A program made the position numbers and the translations under genes. A DNA stretch of 64,000 bases, from positions 32,001 to 96,000 of the forward strand of contig CAVTUQ010000010.1 of the NCBI GenBank assembly GCA_963737905.1. The letters are read 5' to 3'. A model generated the notes under the pieces. The model made no database searches and had not been told where the DNA came from. It saw only the letters and a program-made list of their open reading frames with translations. Within the stretch, counting starts at the first letter, position 1, and every line of letters starts with the position of its first letter. This DNA comes from an uncultured delta proteobacterium (GTDB taxonomy: Bacteria > Desulfobacterota > Binatia > UBA9968). This document shows positions 48,083 to 57,534 of this stretch, piece after piece.

Positions 48083-48448
48083 ATGAACATCAAATCCGGG
48101 GCGACCAAACAGGCAATCGGCATGATCGCTGGTGCGGCCCTGATCGGGACGCTAGTTGCGGGATGTGCCGGCGGGCCTATTACGACGCGGGAAAAGGGGG
48201 CGGGTATCGGGGCTCTCGGCGGCGCGGCAGTTGGCGGGCTGATCGGCTCCGCTGTCCGGCATCCCGCTTTAGGCGCAGCCATCGGAGGGGGTCTTGGTTT
48301 GGGCGCAGGTGCTTTAATCGGCGATCAATTGCAAGGGCGTGAAAACCAAGCTTGGGAGCAAGATCAACAAATCTACAGGAATCAGCAAGACATTTCGCGG
48401 CAGCGCCAAGAATTGGAAGATCTCCGGCGCCGGGGACCGGAATATTAG
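48083..48448 (+). CDS. Glycine-zipper lipoprotein
   Basis: AGGAGG 9 nt upstream of ATG 48083; LVAG|C; GAGIGALGGAAVGGLIG...GAAIGGGLG; C-terminal coiled coil. Confidence 0.82.
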   Translation: MNIKSGATKQAIGMIAGAALIGTLVAGCAGGPITTREKGAGIGALGGAAVGGLIGSAVRHPALGAAIGGGLGLGAGALIGDQLQGRENQAWEQDQQIYRNQQDISRQRQELEDLRRRGPEY

Positions 48449-48459
48449 GTTTTTAGGGA

Positions 48460-48605
48460 CTTCAGGCATTTCTGTGAAGTAGGACTCGGAAATTGTACCG
48501 CGAAGGCGCGGAGGACGCGGAGTAAAGAGTTCTTGAGTAAGAAATGCTCCGATCTCTGCGAACTCGGCGCCTCTGTGGTGAAACTTCTTCACAGAAAACC
48601 CGGGA
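48460..48605. repeat. About 145-bp MITE-like repeat, copy 2 (inverted relative to 37607..37751)
   Basis: Reverse complement aligns along its length with the 37.6-kb copy. Confidence 0.75.
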
Positions 48606-48630
48606 ATAACCGTTTTTTAAAGAGACGCCT

Positions 48631-48753
48631 ATGTGGGCTGCGATACGCAAAAACTGGGACTACCTGGCTCTCACGTTTCTACTCGGAGTGTACCTGACGG
48701 GCGCGGTTGCTGTGGCCATTATCTTGATACTGACGCTGTCTCAGACGTTTTGA
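48631..48753 (+). CDS. Possible 40-aa single-pass membrane microprotein
   Basis: MWAAIRKNWDYLALTFLLGVYLTGAVAVAIILILTLSQTF*; purine-rich AAAGAGA upstream. Confidence 0.4.
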   Translation: MWAAIRKNWDYLALTFLLGVYLTGAVAVAIILILTLSQTF

Positions 48754-48782
48754 CCGGCCATTCAATTCTCTAACAACTATCA

Positions 48783-49397
48783 TTACTCGCTGGATTCATG
48801 ATTCGGGGACTTGGCTGCATGTTCAACGAGTTGCTCAAGCTCCTCATAGGGCTGCGCTCCGACCATGAGATAGCGCCCCGCGAGGAAAGTCGGCACGGCG
48901 TTCACACCGACGGCGGCGCAGCGGCGCCAGTCATTATCAACGGCCTCTTTGAAGCTGCGACCTATGAGAACGTCGGTTGCTTCGTCGGCCGGAAGGCTGA
49001 CTTCCTTGGCAATCTCCACGAGGGGCTCTACTTGCCCGATATTTTTTACATCGACAAAATAGGCTCGGAAGAGCGCCGAGTGTATCTCGTCCCCTTTCCC
49101 TTTGCTTTCGGCCCATTTTGAAAGTTCCTGCGCCAGCCGGCTGTTGTAGGACATGTTGCGCTCGGTGTTATACGGGAGCCCCTCGCGGTCCATGTTCACT
49201 TTCATGCGCTGATTTCTTGCGACGATTTCGGGTCCCCTCATGCTCCCCTCCACCGGAGTCTCAGGATGAAGCGGGAATTGCGTGAACTTGGTCGTCAGAT
49301 CGTAATTCGCTTTGAGTTTCTCGACACGCCCGGTGACGAGATAGCACCATGGTCAAACAAAGTCTGAAAAGATTTCGAGAACGAGTGGCTCGGACAT
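48783..49397 (-). CDS. DsbA/FrnE family oxidoreductase, selenocysteine-containing (UPWC)
   Basis: GGAGG RBS, ATG 49397, MSEPLVLEIFSDFV-TGA-PWCY...FPLHP, in frame with ORF 48783..49253 (GVNAVPTF, GAQPY); TGA (49353-49355) sits at the first Cys of the CPWC site. Confidence 0.88.
49318..49341 (-). other. Candidate bacterial SECIS hairpin
   Basis: Beginning 11 nt 3' of the UGA: UCUCG-U-CAC-CGGGC-GUG-U-CGAGA stem-loop with G-rich apical loop. Confidence 0.6.
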
Positions 49398-49470
49398 AAT
49401 CCCTCCGTTTTCAGCTGTGTTTCTCGGATAATCAGGATTCTACTGTTCCTGGTTGGCCGAAGTCAAAGGG

Positions 49471-50028
49471 CTATCGTTGTTTTGTGAGCTCAAGCTGAGG
49501 CGAAGTCGGATAGAAGATCTTTGTCCCCTTTGGCGTTGCGAATGGCGGCAAGTGATGCTCGTGACAGCCATCGTCCAGAATATGACGTACAGAAAAGCCG
49601 CGAACTAGAAACGCATCGGCCAGAAGCTGCCGATGGCAGCGCCACGGCACGGCCTCGGCGCACATGATGGCGATCCGTTTGCTCGCCACGAGCTGTTCCA
49701 TTTCTTGCATAATTTTTTCGAATCCAGGCGTGAGCATAAAATCCGCGTAGGCGCGAAATGCGCCTACTTTCCAAGCCGTGTTCTGAGAATCACTAGATGG
49801 CTGTCGGAACCCGCCGAGATCTTCCCGCCAGAGGTAATCGAGGTTCTCGTTGCGCAAATATTCGACCAACGCCTCTTGGCGAAAATGCGGATAACGGCGC
49901 GAGGAGGGCCAGCGGCGCACATCGACGAGCAGTTCAATGCCATGAGCCTTCAGAAGCGCTGTGAAATTCTCAATGGTTCTTGTGGAATGGCCGATGGTAT
50001 GAACGGTGCTTGGCAAGTTGGAATTCAT
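49471..50028 (-). CDS. DUF488 family protein
   Basis: TIGHS, LVDVR..P.S, LGG.R, MCAE...WRCHR. Confidence 0.88.
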   Translation of the reverse strand: MNSNLPSTVHTIGHSTRTIENFTALLKAHGIELLVDVRRWPSSRRYPHFRQEALVEYLRNENLDYLWREDLGGFRQPSSDSQNTAWKVGAFRAYADFMLTPGFEKIMQEMEQLVASKRIAIMCAEAVPWRCHRQLLADAFLVRGFSVRHILDDGCHEHHLPPFATPKGTKIFYPTSPQLELTKQR

Positions 50029-50106
50029 AGGATTTATCTTTGGCCTCATTACCAAAATAGCCGAATCCTAGCTGATCGCAACGGAAGGGGATGCTATGAT
50101 CGCGCC

Positions 50107-51322
50107 ATGTTTCGTTCCGTGCCGCTGACGCTTTTTTGGTTCGTCTACATGGGTTCTGTGGGGATCGTGCTGCCATACTACAGCCTTTATCTCAAGGAGA
50201 ACGCCGGCTTGTCGGGAACGGAGTTGGGTTGGGTCCTGGCCACCCTCCCGCTCGTGAGCATCGTCGTGCAGCCCTTCTGGGGACACGTCGCAGATCGAAC
50301 CGGCGCCCGCAGCCGCATCGTGGTCGTTCTCTCCATTGGAACGGCGCTCGGCTACCTCGCCCTCGCTGCGGCCGGAGGTTTTTGGGCCATCTTGTTTGCT
50401 ACGGCGGCGATGGCGGTTTTCGGGGCCGCTGTGCTGCCTATCACCGTTTCCGTGAGTCTGGCAATCCTCCGCGACGCTGGACCCCATGCTTTCGGCTTCG
50501 TGCGTGTTTGGGGCACCATTGGATATTTTGTCTTGATTGTGAGTTTTCCTTGGATTCTGGAAAGCTATCAGGCAGCTCGAGGGTTTTCACCGCCAAAAGG
50601 CGGGGCTACCGAGCCGGGATTGGGGATCATGTTTGTTGTCACCGCCGTCCTCGCCGCGATATCAGCGCTGGTCGGCTTTTTTTCTGCCCCGGCAAGGTAT
50701 TGTCTCCATGCGCGCTGCGCGCGGCGATTGGCGTATGCTCTTGGGCAATCGCGCCTACATTCGTTTTCTTCTCTTCTCATTTGCGGCATATCTTCTATCG
50801 CAGGGACCGATGTGGCTGTTTCCGATTTTCGTTCGCTCGCGCGGCGGCGATATCGAGACGATTCGCAACATGTGGGTTTATATGCTTGTCGTCGAGATTC
50901 CGCTGGTGCTGGCCTCGGGGAGTGGCTTACAGCGCCTCGGCGCCCGCGGGTTACTCGGGGTCGGCGTTGTCGTGGGTGGACTACGTTGGCTTCTTTGCGC
51001 TTTTATCAACGACCTGCACCTTCTCTCACTCGTGCAGACCCTTCACGGCGTGACGGTAGTGGGTCTCCTCATGGGCGGCCCGCTTTATCTCGACGTCGTG
51101 GCGCCGGAAAAATTGCGCTCCACAGCTCAAGCGCTCCTGTCCATGGTCGGGGTCGGAATCGCAGGGATTGTATCGAATCTTGGGTCGGGGTGGTTGTTGG
51201 ATGCCGCAGGAATCAATGCACTCTACGCGGCGACGGGGATCGGTTCGGCTCTTCTGGGTTGCCTTGTCTGGTGGATACTGCCTGCGCCCAAGCGCGCGGG
51301 AAGCGGATCAACTTGCAATTGA
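50107..51322 (+). CDS. MFS transporter (nucleoside/3-phenylpropionate permease-like); apparent frameshift in T run near 50680
   Basis: PYYSLYL, WG.VADRTG, FG.VRVWGTIG in ORF 49633..51327; FLPRQG onward in ORF 50633..51322. Confidence 0.82.
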
Positions 51323-51391
51323 CGTGATGCCCGTTTATACGAGATCATAATTGCTAGAACCAAGTCGCACAATATTTGGGAGCAACGTCAC

Positions 51392-52480
51392 ATGAAGAAG
51401 ATCGTCACTATCCTGATTGTCATCATTTCGGCTGCACTGCTTTCGGCGAGCCACTCAGAAACTCTGTACGCGGCTGCGGCTCAGACGACGGCTGAGCAGC
51501 TCTACGCGGAATTGGCGAAACTCAAGCCCGATCAGCGGGCCAAGAGACTGGAGGAAGGCGCGCGCAAGGAAGGCAAGCTCACTTTCGTTCATACCTGGCG
51601 CGGCAAGATCGCACGCGATTTCGGGAGCGCCTTTGAAAAACGATACTCCTATATCAAGTTTGAGATGAGCGACCTGGGTTCTCAGGATGCCGCGGAACGC
51701 TTTATCGCGGAAGAGCGGACGGGACGTCATCTGACGGATATCCTTAGCCTAGCCGTCCCAGATCTCGCCGTGGTTCTGAAACAGAACTTGGTTGCCCGGT
51801 ACCCGACACCCGCGACCGGTAAGATCCTGAAACAGTACGCCGGATTTGTCGATCAGGAGAATCGCTGGACGGCGTGGTACTGGAGCGAGCACGGGATTTC
51901 TTACAATACAAATCTGGTGAGTGCCGCTCAGGCGCCCAAAGAATGGTTCGATTTGTGTAAACCGGCGTTCAAGGGCCAGGTATCCTTTGATCCGGCGGAA
52001 ACACGTTTCCTAGCCGGGCTCTACACGATGATGGGCGAGGAGAAGACCAAGCAGTGGCTAAAATGCATCGGTGAGAATCAACCGATCATCCAGACGGGAC
52101 ATACTCAACGGATGGAGCTCATGCTGACCGGCGACCACGCGTTGCAGGGAGACAACTATCTCTACGCGGGCATCGAGGCGATGAGAAAAAACCCTAAGGC
52201 CCCCTACGCGATTGTCTATACGGCGCCGATTCTGGCTTTTGCGGGATCCATGGTCATCAGCAGGAACACGCAGAATCCTCATGCGGCGGCGTTAATGGCG
52301 GATTGGGCGCTTTCGGATGAGGCGCAAAAACTGACCAGCGACTTCCTGCGCGGCCCGTTGACCATTAAGCACCCGTATCTTCCGGACAACATCAAACTGG
52401 TGACTTACAACATCGTGAGCGAGGATATTACTAACCGGCTACACGAGGCCTGGAATCAATACATCGGCCGGCAGAAGTAG
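51392..52480 (+). CDS. ABC transporter substrate-binding protein (Fe3+/thiamine-type cluster)
   Basis: Signal peptide; GARKEGKL, YNTNLV...APK.W.DL, NPHAAALM.DW.LS. Confidence 0.88.
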   Translation: MKKIVTILIVIISAALLSASHSETLYAAAAQTTAEQLYAELAKLKPDQRAKRLEEGARKEGKLTFVHTWRGKIARDFGSAFEKRYSYIKFEMSDLGSQDAAERFIAEERTGRHLTDILSLAVPDLAVVLKQNLVARYPTPATGKILKQYAGFVDQENRWTAWYWSEHGISYNTNLVSAAQAPKEWFDLCKPAFKGQVSFDPAETRFLAGLYTMMGEEKTKQWLKCIGENQPIIQTGHTQRMELMLTGDHALQGDNYLYAGIEAMRKNPKAPYAIVYTAPILAFAGSMVISRNTQNPHAAALMADWALSDEAQKLTSDFLRGPLTIKHPYLPDNIKLVTYNIVSEDITNRLHEAWNQYIGRQK

Positions 52481-52568
52481 CGCTCCGGCGATTTCAAGTC
52501 GGTTTTAAGACACAGGCGTAACGCCTTCTACTCGGAGGGCTCATCCTGAGGCCATCGGCAGAGTGTGA

Positions 52569-54293
52569 ATGACTCGGACTAGTGACCGGCTGCTCCCGAG
52601 CGGCGGCGGGATCGTTTTCGTATGTCTGGTCGTCGTTCTCATTTATCAGGTCTTGCTGCCGTTCCTGCTGATCATCTGGACAAGCCTGAAAGTCGCCCAT
52701 CCCGGAGATCCCGAATTCCTTGAACTGAGCTTTACGGCCGCCAATTATTTCCGAGCCTTCGCGATCAAAGAGTTTTGGGAGGCGAGCCTCAACACATTTT
52801 ATTTCGCGTCGGTATCCACGCTGTTCTCGTTCGTGTTTGGAACCTTCCTCGCCTGGGCCGTCGTTCGCACGAACACTCCGCTGGCGCCGTTGATCGGCAT
52901 GATCACACTCGGGCGCATTATTATCCCGGGAGTCATCATCACGATTTCCTGGATACTGCTAGCTAGCCCCAGCATAGGGATTCTGAATTATTTTATTACC
53001 GCGATCACCGGAGTGCGACGGTTCCTGAACATCTACTCCTTCTGGGGGATGGTTTGGGTGCAGTCGCTGGAAATGGCTCCGCTGGCCTACCTGCTGATGT
53101 CGGCGGCTTTCCAATCCACAGATCCACGACTGGAGGAAGCCTCAGCCATTGCCGGAGCCGGAGCATGGCCGACGTTTTATCGCGTCTCGTTGCCGCTTAT
53201 CCTGCCGGCTACGGCAGCGTCGGCACTCTTGTTGTTTATTCAAACGGTGGAGAGCTTTGAGGTTCCGTTATTGCTCGGCGGCCGCGCGCGGGTCCCGGTC
53301 TACACCACCGAGGTTTATTTCAACACGGCGCGCACGCCGACGGATTGGGGCTTGGCGAGCACGTATTCGATGATGCTTCTGGTTTTATCGATGGCCTTAC
53401 TCTTTGTCTATTTTAGATTGGTGCGTCATACCGAACGCTACCAAACCATTACCGGCAAAGACTTCAGGCCCCGTCGCATCGATCTCGGCAGCTGGCGGTA
53501 CCTGACCTGCGCGCTGAGTCTGCTTTTGGTTTTTCTCATCACCGGTCTGCCTTTTATTATAATGTTGTACGCTTCGCTGATGCCGCGTTTTCAGCCGCCA
53601 ACCTTCGAAGCATTGCGTGATGTAACCTTGGTTAATTATCGAAGCCTGCTGGCGGATTGGAACTATTCCGTGAGGCCGCTTTGGAACAGCACCCTGCTCG
53701 GCGTGGGGTCAGCTTCGGTGGTGATGCTGTTGGTTGCTGCCATCAGCTATTTTGTCAACAAGAGCCGTGTTCGTGGCCGCAAAATTCTTGACTTTCTCGG
53801 CTTCGCGCCGATTGCCTTGCCAAGCGTAGTCCTGGGCACGGCCTTCCTATGGTTTTATCTCCTCGTGCCGCTGCCGGTTATCGGAAGCCTCAGCATCATC
53901 GGTCTCGCCTATCTCACGAGGTATATGCCCTACGCGCTCCGTTTTGTCTCGGCGTCGATGGTGCAAATTCATACCGAGCTCGAAGAAGCCGCCGCCGTGG
54001 CAGGAGGGACCTGGTGGAAAAATCTTTATCGGATTTACCTTCCCTTGCTTCGCCCTGGTCTCATGGCCGGATGGTTTTGGGTGATGGTTCACGCGTATCG
54101 AGAGCTCACGATTGCGCTGATGCTGGCCCGGTCCAGAAATCGCACCGCCGCCGTGATCATCTTCGATCTCTGGTCCAATGGATCGTTTCCACAGTTGAGC
54201 GCTTTCGGAGTGCTTATGTTCGTAATACTGATCGTCCTGGTTTCCATTGGCCAGACTGTAGGAAAGCGGTTCGGGGTTCAGGAGCAGGTTTAG
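52569..54293 (+). CDS. ABC transporter permease, FbpB-type
   Basis: Two EAA loops (LEEASAIAG, LEEAAAVAG); homologous to 12882..14642. Confidence 0.9.
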   Translation: MTRTSDRLLPSGGGIVFVCLVVVLIYQVLLPFLLIIWTSLKVAHPGDPEFLELSFTAANYFRAFAIKEFWEASLNTFYFASVSTLFSFVFGTFLAWAVVRTNTPLAPLIGMITLGRIIIPGVIITISWILLASPSIGILNYFITAITGVRRFLNIYSFWGMVWVQSLEMAPLAYLLMSAAFQSTDPRLEEASAIAGAGAWPTFYRVSLPLILPATAASALLLFIQTVESFEVPLLLGGRARVPVYTTEVYFNTARTPTDWGLASTYSMMLLVLSMALLFVYFRLVRHTERYQTITGKDFRPRRIDLGSWRYLTCALSLLLVFLITGLPFIIMLYASLMPRFQPPTFEALRDVTLVNYRSLLADWNYSVRPLWNSTLLGVGSASVVMLLVAAISYFVNKSRVRGRKILDFLGFAPIALPSVVLGTAFLWFYLLVPLPVIGSLSIIGLAYLTRYMPYALRFVSASMVQIHTELEEAAAVAGGTWWKNLYRIYLPLLRPGLMAGWFWVMVHAYRELTIALMLARSRNRTAAVIIFDLWSNGSFPQLSAFGVLMFVILIVLVSIGQTVGKRFGVQEQV

Positions 54294-54351
54294 ATTATGT
54301 TGCAGAAGTTCGCAAAGGATGGCTTGCCGGCGTCATACCCACGAAGCGACC

Positions 54352-54384
54352 TTGTAGGGGCGGGTTTGAAACCCGCCCCTACAA
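54352..54384. repeat. GTAG-family REP palindrome
   Basis: TTGTAGGGGCGGGTTT-G-AAACCCGCCCCTACAA perfect inverted repeat. Confidence 0.8.
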
Positions 54385-54447
54385 CAGATGCAGGACAGGC
54401 AGCGACTGTCTAGCATTCTGTTAGAATGACGAGTAATAAGGAAGCGT

Positions 54448-55098
54448 ATGTTCAAGCCTATGTGTCCGCCACGGACGATAATCGTGGTCGGTTGGCTTTT
54501 TTGTCTACTGCTCAGACCGGTGTCGGCAGCGTCCCAGAGTAAATCCGCAAACCAAGCTTTAGTGGGGCCGGGACCGACTCTAGGATCAGCCAGCGCCGCC
54601 GTGACTATTATCGAGTTCTCTGATTTTCAATGCAGTTTCTGTAAAAGGTTTTGGACCGACACTCTGCCCAAGCTTAAAAGTGATTACATCAATACAGGAA
54701 AGACGCTTTTTATTTATCGGCACTTCGCTATTCTAGGAAAACATTCCGAGCAAGCTGCCCTGGCGTCGGAGTGCGCCGCGGAGCAAGGGAAATTCTGGGA
54801 GTATCATGACCAGCTATTTAAGAATCAGGGCGGGCTGGCCTTCACCGAAGCCAAGCTTAAACAATACGCGGGCGGTATCGGCTTGAACGCCGGAGCATTC
54901 GGAACCTGTCTGGGAACCGGCAAGTATAGAGAAAAAGTCGAGCGCGAGACTGTGGCTGCTGCTAATCTAGGAGGGCGGGGGACGCCATTGTTCATCGTTA
55001 ATCAGCGTCCTGTGGTTGGAGCCCAGCCTTACGCTGTCTTTCAGAAGATGATCGAGGAAGAGTTAAAATCCCAAGAGGAGAAAAAGAAAACCAAGTGA
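54448..55098 (+). CDS. DsbA-like thioredoxin-fold protein (exported)
   Basis: EFSDFQCSFC, EQGKFW.YHD.LF, GTP, GAQPY. Confidence 0.9.
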   Translation: MFKPMCPPRTIIVVGWLFCLLLRPVSAASQSKSANQALVGPGPTLGSASAAVTIIEFSDFQCSFCKRFWTDTLPKLKSDYINTGKTLFIYRHFAILGKHSEQAALASECAAEQGKFWEYHDQLFKNQGGLAFTEAKLKQYAGGIGLNAGAFGTCLGTGKYREKVERETVAAANLGGRGTPLFIVNQRPVVGAQPYAVFQKMIEEELKSQEEKKKTK

Positions 55099-55211
55099 CA
55101 GAGCGCAGGCGCACTGGAAGCGAGGATCTGGCGATCAACACACTGCCCGGCCCGACCGCAACCGCGTCCGCCAACCCTCTCAACCCATGAAACGCAACTT
55201 CGATGACCAAC

Positions 55212-55669
55212 CTAGCTCTGATTGCCATACTTTAGTCGGGTCACACTTCCCGGCCCTGACTGAAGACTGTTACTACAAACAGATTATCGAATTCGCTATC
55301 ATCAATCACCGGCACGCTTCCTGCACCAAGTCGGGCGATTATATCAGGGACGGTATCGCTATGGCCGATCACCAGCACGGTTTGCCCTGTGCGGTTCGAT
55401 AAGATGTCATTCCTTACTTGCAATGCTTCATCCATCTCAATAGCTGAGAGCCCGAGATGGGTGGCTAAGGGTTGCGCTGTCTCTTTCGCGCGAACGTAGT
55501 GAGACCTGTAGATAGCTTTAATACCCGACTGGCCGACTGCATGGATCAACTTTTTTGCCCGCGCTTTCCCGGCGGCATTCAGGTGAGGATCTGGATTAGC
55601 GGAGGTGGGAGCATTCCTTTCCCCATGCCGAATAAGAATTACCGTTGTCACCAAAGAAGCGCTCGCCAT
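55212..55669 (-). CDS. Histidine phosphatase (phosphoglycerate mutase/SixA-like); apparent frameshift near 55250
   Basis: LIRHGE, RA.ETA, VIGHS; plausible C-terminus SVTRLKYGNQS* in adjacent frame ending 55212. Confidence 0.8.
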
Positions 55670-55877
55670 AGGAATCCCCCAATTTTCTTAGGTCTAATGG
55701 AAAACTCTACGCGCTACGTGAACGAACTGTCAAACAGGAGTGAATCCACACCTTAGTGGATTATGGTTTATACGCACCGGCCATTAACAGAATTTGCTTT
55801 CGCTTGATGGACTCCGCACCATTTGATGAGTCACAATAATGCGATACGCTTTCTTCGACTGAATGGTCTGGGTCACT

Positions 55878-56720
55878 ATGCGTAGTTCGGAATCGATGAC
55901 GCAAGGGGGCGAGCGATTTTTTTCGCCTGACAGGATGATCTGGCAGGTGGACCGCGAGATGGTTTTGCTCCTGGCGGGCGGGCGGGCGCTGCTCATGCAA
56001 CTGGCTCATCCCAAGGTCGCCGCCGGCGTTGCTGGGCACAGCCATTTCAAAGCCGACCCCCTCGGTCGCCTCTACAGGACGATGAGCGCGATGTGGTCGA
56101 TCGTTTTCGACGAGGCTTCGGAGGCGCGTGCCTCGCTGAAACAGGTGAAAAGTGTCCACCGAAGGATTCATGGGATCGTTTCCCCGGCAGAACGATTGCC
56201 TCTCGGGACTCACTATGACGCTCTGGACGCCGAGCTGCTGCTCTGGGTACATGCCACGCTCATCGATTCAGCGATGGTGGCCTATGATCTTTTCGTCAAG
56301 CGGTTCTCGTTCGATGAAAAGTCGCGCTATTACGATGACTCAAAAAAGCTGGCGCGCCTATTCGAGATTCCGGAAGCGCTTGTTCCGGTGTCCCTTGCGG
56401 ACTTCAATACTTATGTTGAGCGAATGTTGCTGGGTGGTGAAATCACCGCGGGGCCTATGGCTCGCGCTCTCGCGGGGGAAATCCTCTATCCCAGCCCATG
56501 GATTTTGCGACCGGCAGCACCATTGTTTCGCCTGATTACTGCGGGCCTGCTGCCGGAAAGATTGCGGGAAGGCTATGCAATTGGCTGGAACGAACGCCGA
56601 GAAAAAGCATTTTGGTTAATTGCCAAAAGCGTCCGACGCTTGCTGCCGCTCATCCCCGGACCGTTACGGATCGTCCCTAATGCCCGCGCTGCGAAGAAAA
56701 CCTTGCCCGCGTCGCCGTAG
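55878..56720 (+). CDS. Oxygenase MpaB/DUF2236 family protein
   Basis: GGRALLMQLAHP.VAAGV..HS, RL.RT, H..I.G, Y.A.D..LLLWVHATL. Confidence 0.88.
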   Translation: MRSSESMTQGGERFFSPDRMIWQVDREMVLLLAGGRALLMQLAHPKVAAGVAGHSHFKADPLGRLYRTMSAMWSIVFDEASEARASLKQVKSVHRRIHGIVSPAERLPLGTHYDALDAELLLWVHATLIDSAMVAYDLFVKRFSFDEKSRYYDDSKKLARLFEIPEALVPVSLADFNTYVERMLLGGEITAGPMARALAGEILYPSPWILRPAAPLFRLITAGLLPERLREGYAIGWNERREKAFWLIAKSVRRLLPLIPGPLRIVPNARAAKKTLPASP

Positions 56721-56748
56721 ATCACGGAAACCAAAAAACCGCCTGGAA

Positions 56749-56819
56749 CCCCTTCGACGGAGTTTATCCCGAGCGAGTAGCCGAAGGGCTCGGGACATGC
56801 TTTGCTCCTTTGCGCGAGG
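56749..56819. repeat. REP-like nested palindromic element
   Basis: CCCTTCGAC...TCCCGAGC...CGAAGGGCTCGGGAC; related to the arms of the 170..302 element. Confidence 0.55.
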
Positions 56820-56856
56820 TATATTAAAGGGTCAGCTGAAGTAGTGAGTTTCCATT

Positions 56857-57534
56857 ATGCGAATCCTGCTGGTTGAAGATGATGTGAAAATAGCCGCGTT
56901 CGTTGAGAAAGGATTGCGGGCCGCGGGGTATGCAGTCGATCATACTCCCGATGGGGAAACAGGCTTGCATCTGGCTTTAACAGAACCCTACGATGCCGCC
57001 GTCGTCGACATTATGCTACCGAAACTGAACGGGTTGTCGCTGATCGAAGGGATGCGACTGAAGAAGATCAATACACCGGTTATCATCCTAAGCGCGAAAG
57101 ATTCCGTCGATGATCGCGTCAAAGGGCTCCAGACCGGCAGCGACGACTATATGACCAAGCCCTTCGCTTTTTCCGAGCTGCTGGCACGCGTGCAGGCTCT
57201 AATCCGGCGCGCCGGCGGGGTGTCTGAACCGACGCAGTTGGCCACCGGAAATCTCTCCATGAACCTGTTGACCCGGGAAGTGGTCCGGGAAGGGAAAAGG
57301 ATCGAATTGCAGCCCATAGAATTCTCTTTGCTTGAATATCTTCTACGCAATACCGGGCGGGTGGTTTCAAAGACGATGATTATGGAGCACGTGTGGGACT
57401 ATAATTTCGACCCCCAGACCAACGTTGTCGAGGCGCGGATCTCCCGGCTCCGCGACAAAATCGACAGGGATTTTTCTAAAAAGCTCATCCATACGATCCG
57501 CGGGGTCGGCTATGTCCTTAGGGAAAATCCTTAG
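56857..57534 (+). CDS. OmpR-family response regulator (CusR/CzcR-like)
   Basis: MRILLVEDD, DIMLP..G, GSDDYMTKPF, VWDYNFD..TNVVE, LIHTIRGVGY. Confidence 0.92.
   Translation: MRILLVEDDVKIAAFVEKGLRAAGYAVDHTPDGETGLHLALTEPYDAAVVDIMLPKLNGLSLIEGMRLKKINTPVIILSAKDSVDDRVKGLQTGSDDYMTKPFAFSELLARVQALIRRAGGVSEPTQLATGNLSMNLLTREVVREGKRIELQPIEFSLLEYLLRNTGRVVSKTMIMEHVWDYNFDPQTNVVEARISRLRDKIDRDFSKKLIHTIRGVGYVLRENP

Noticed and set aside
55241-55243. TGA ending the histidine phosphatase ORF as Sec
   Set aside because: No Cys-equivalent context; a plausible C-terminus lies in an adjacent frame.
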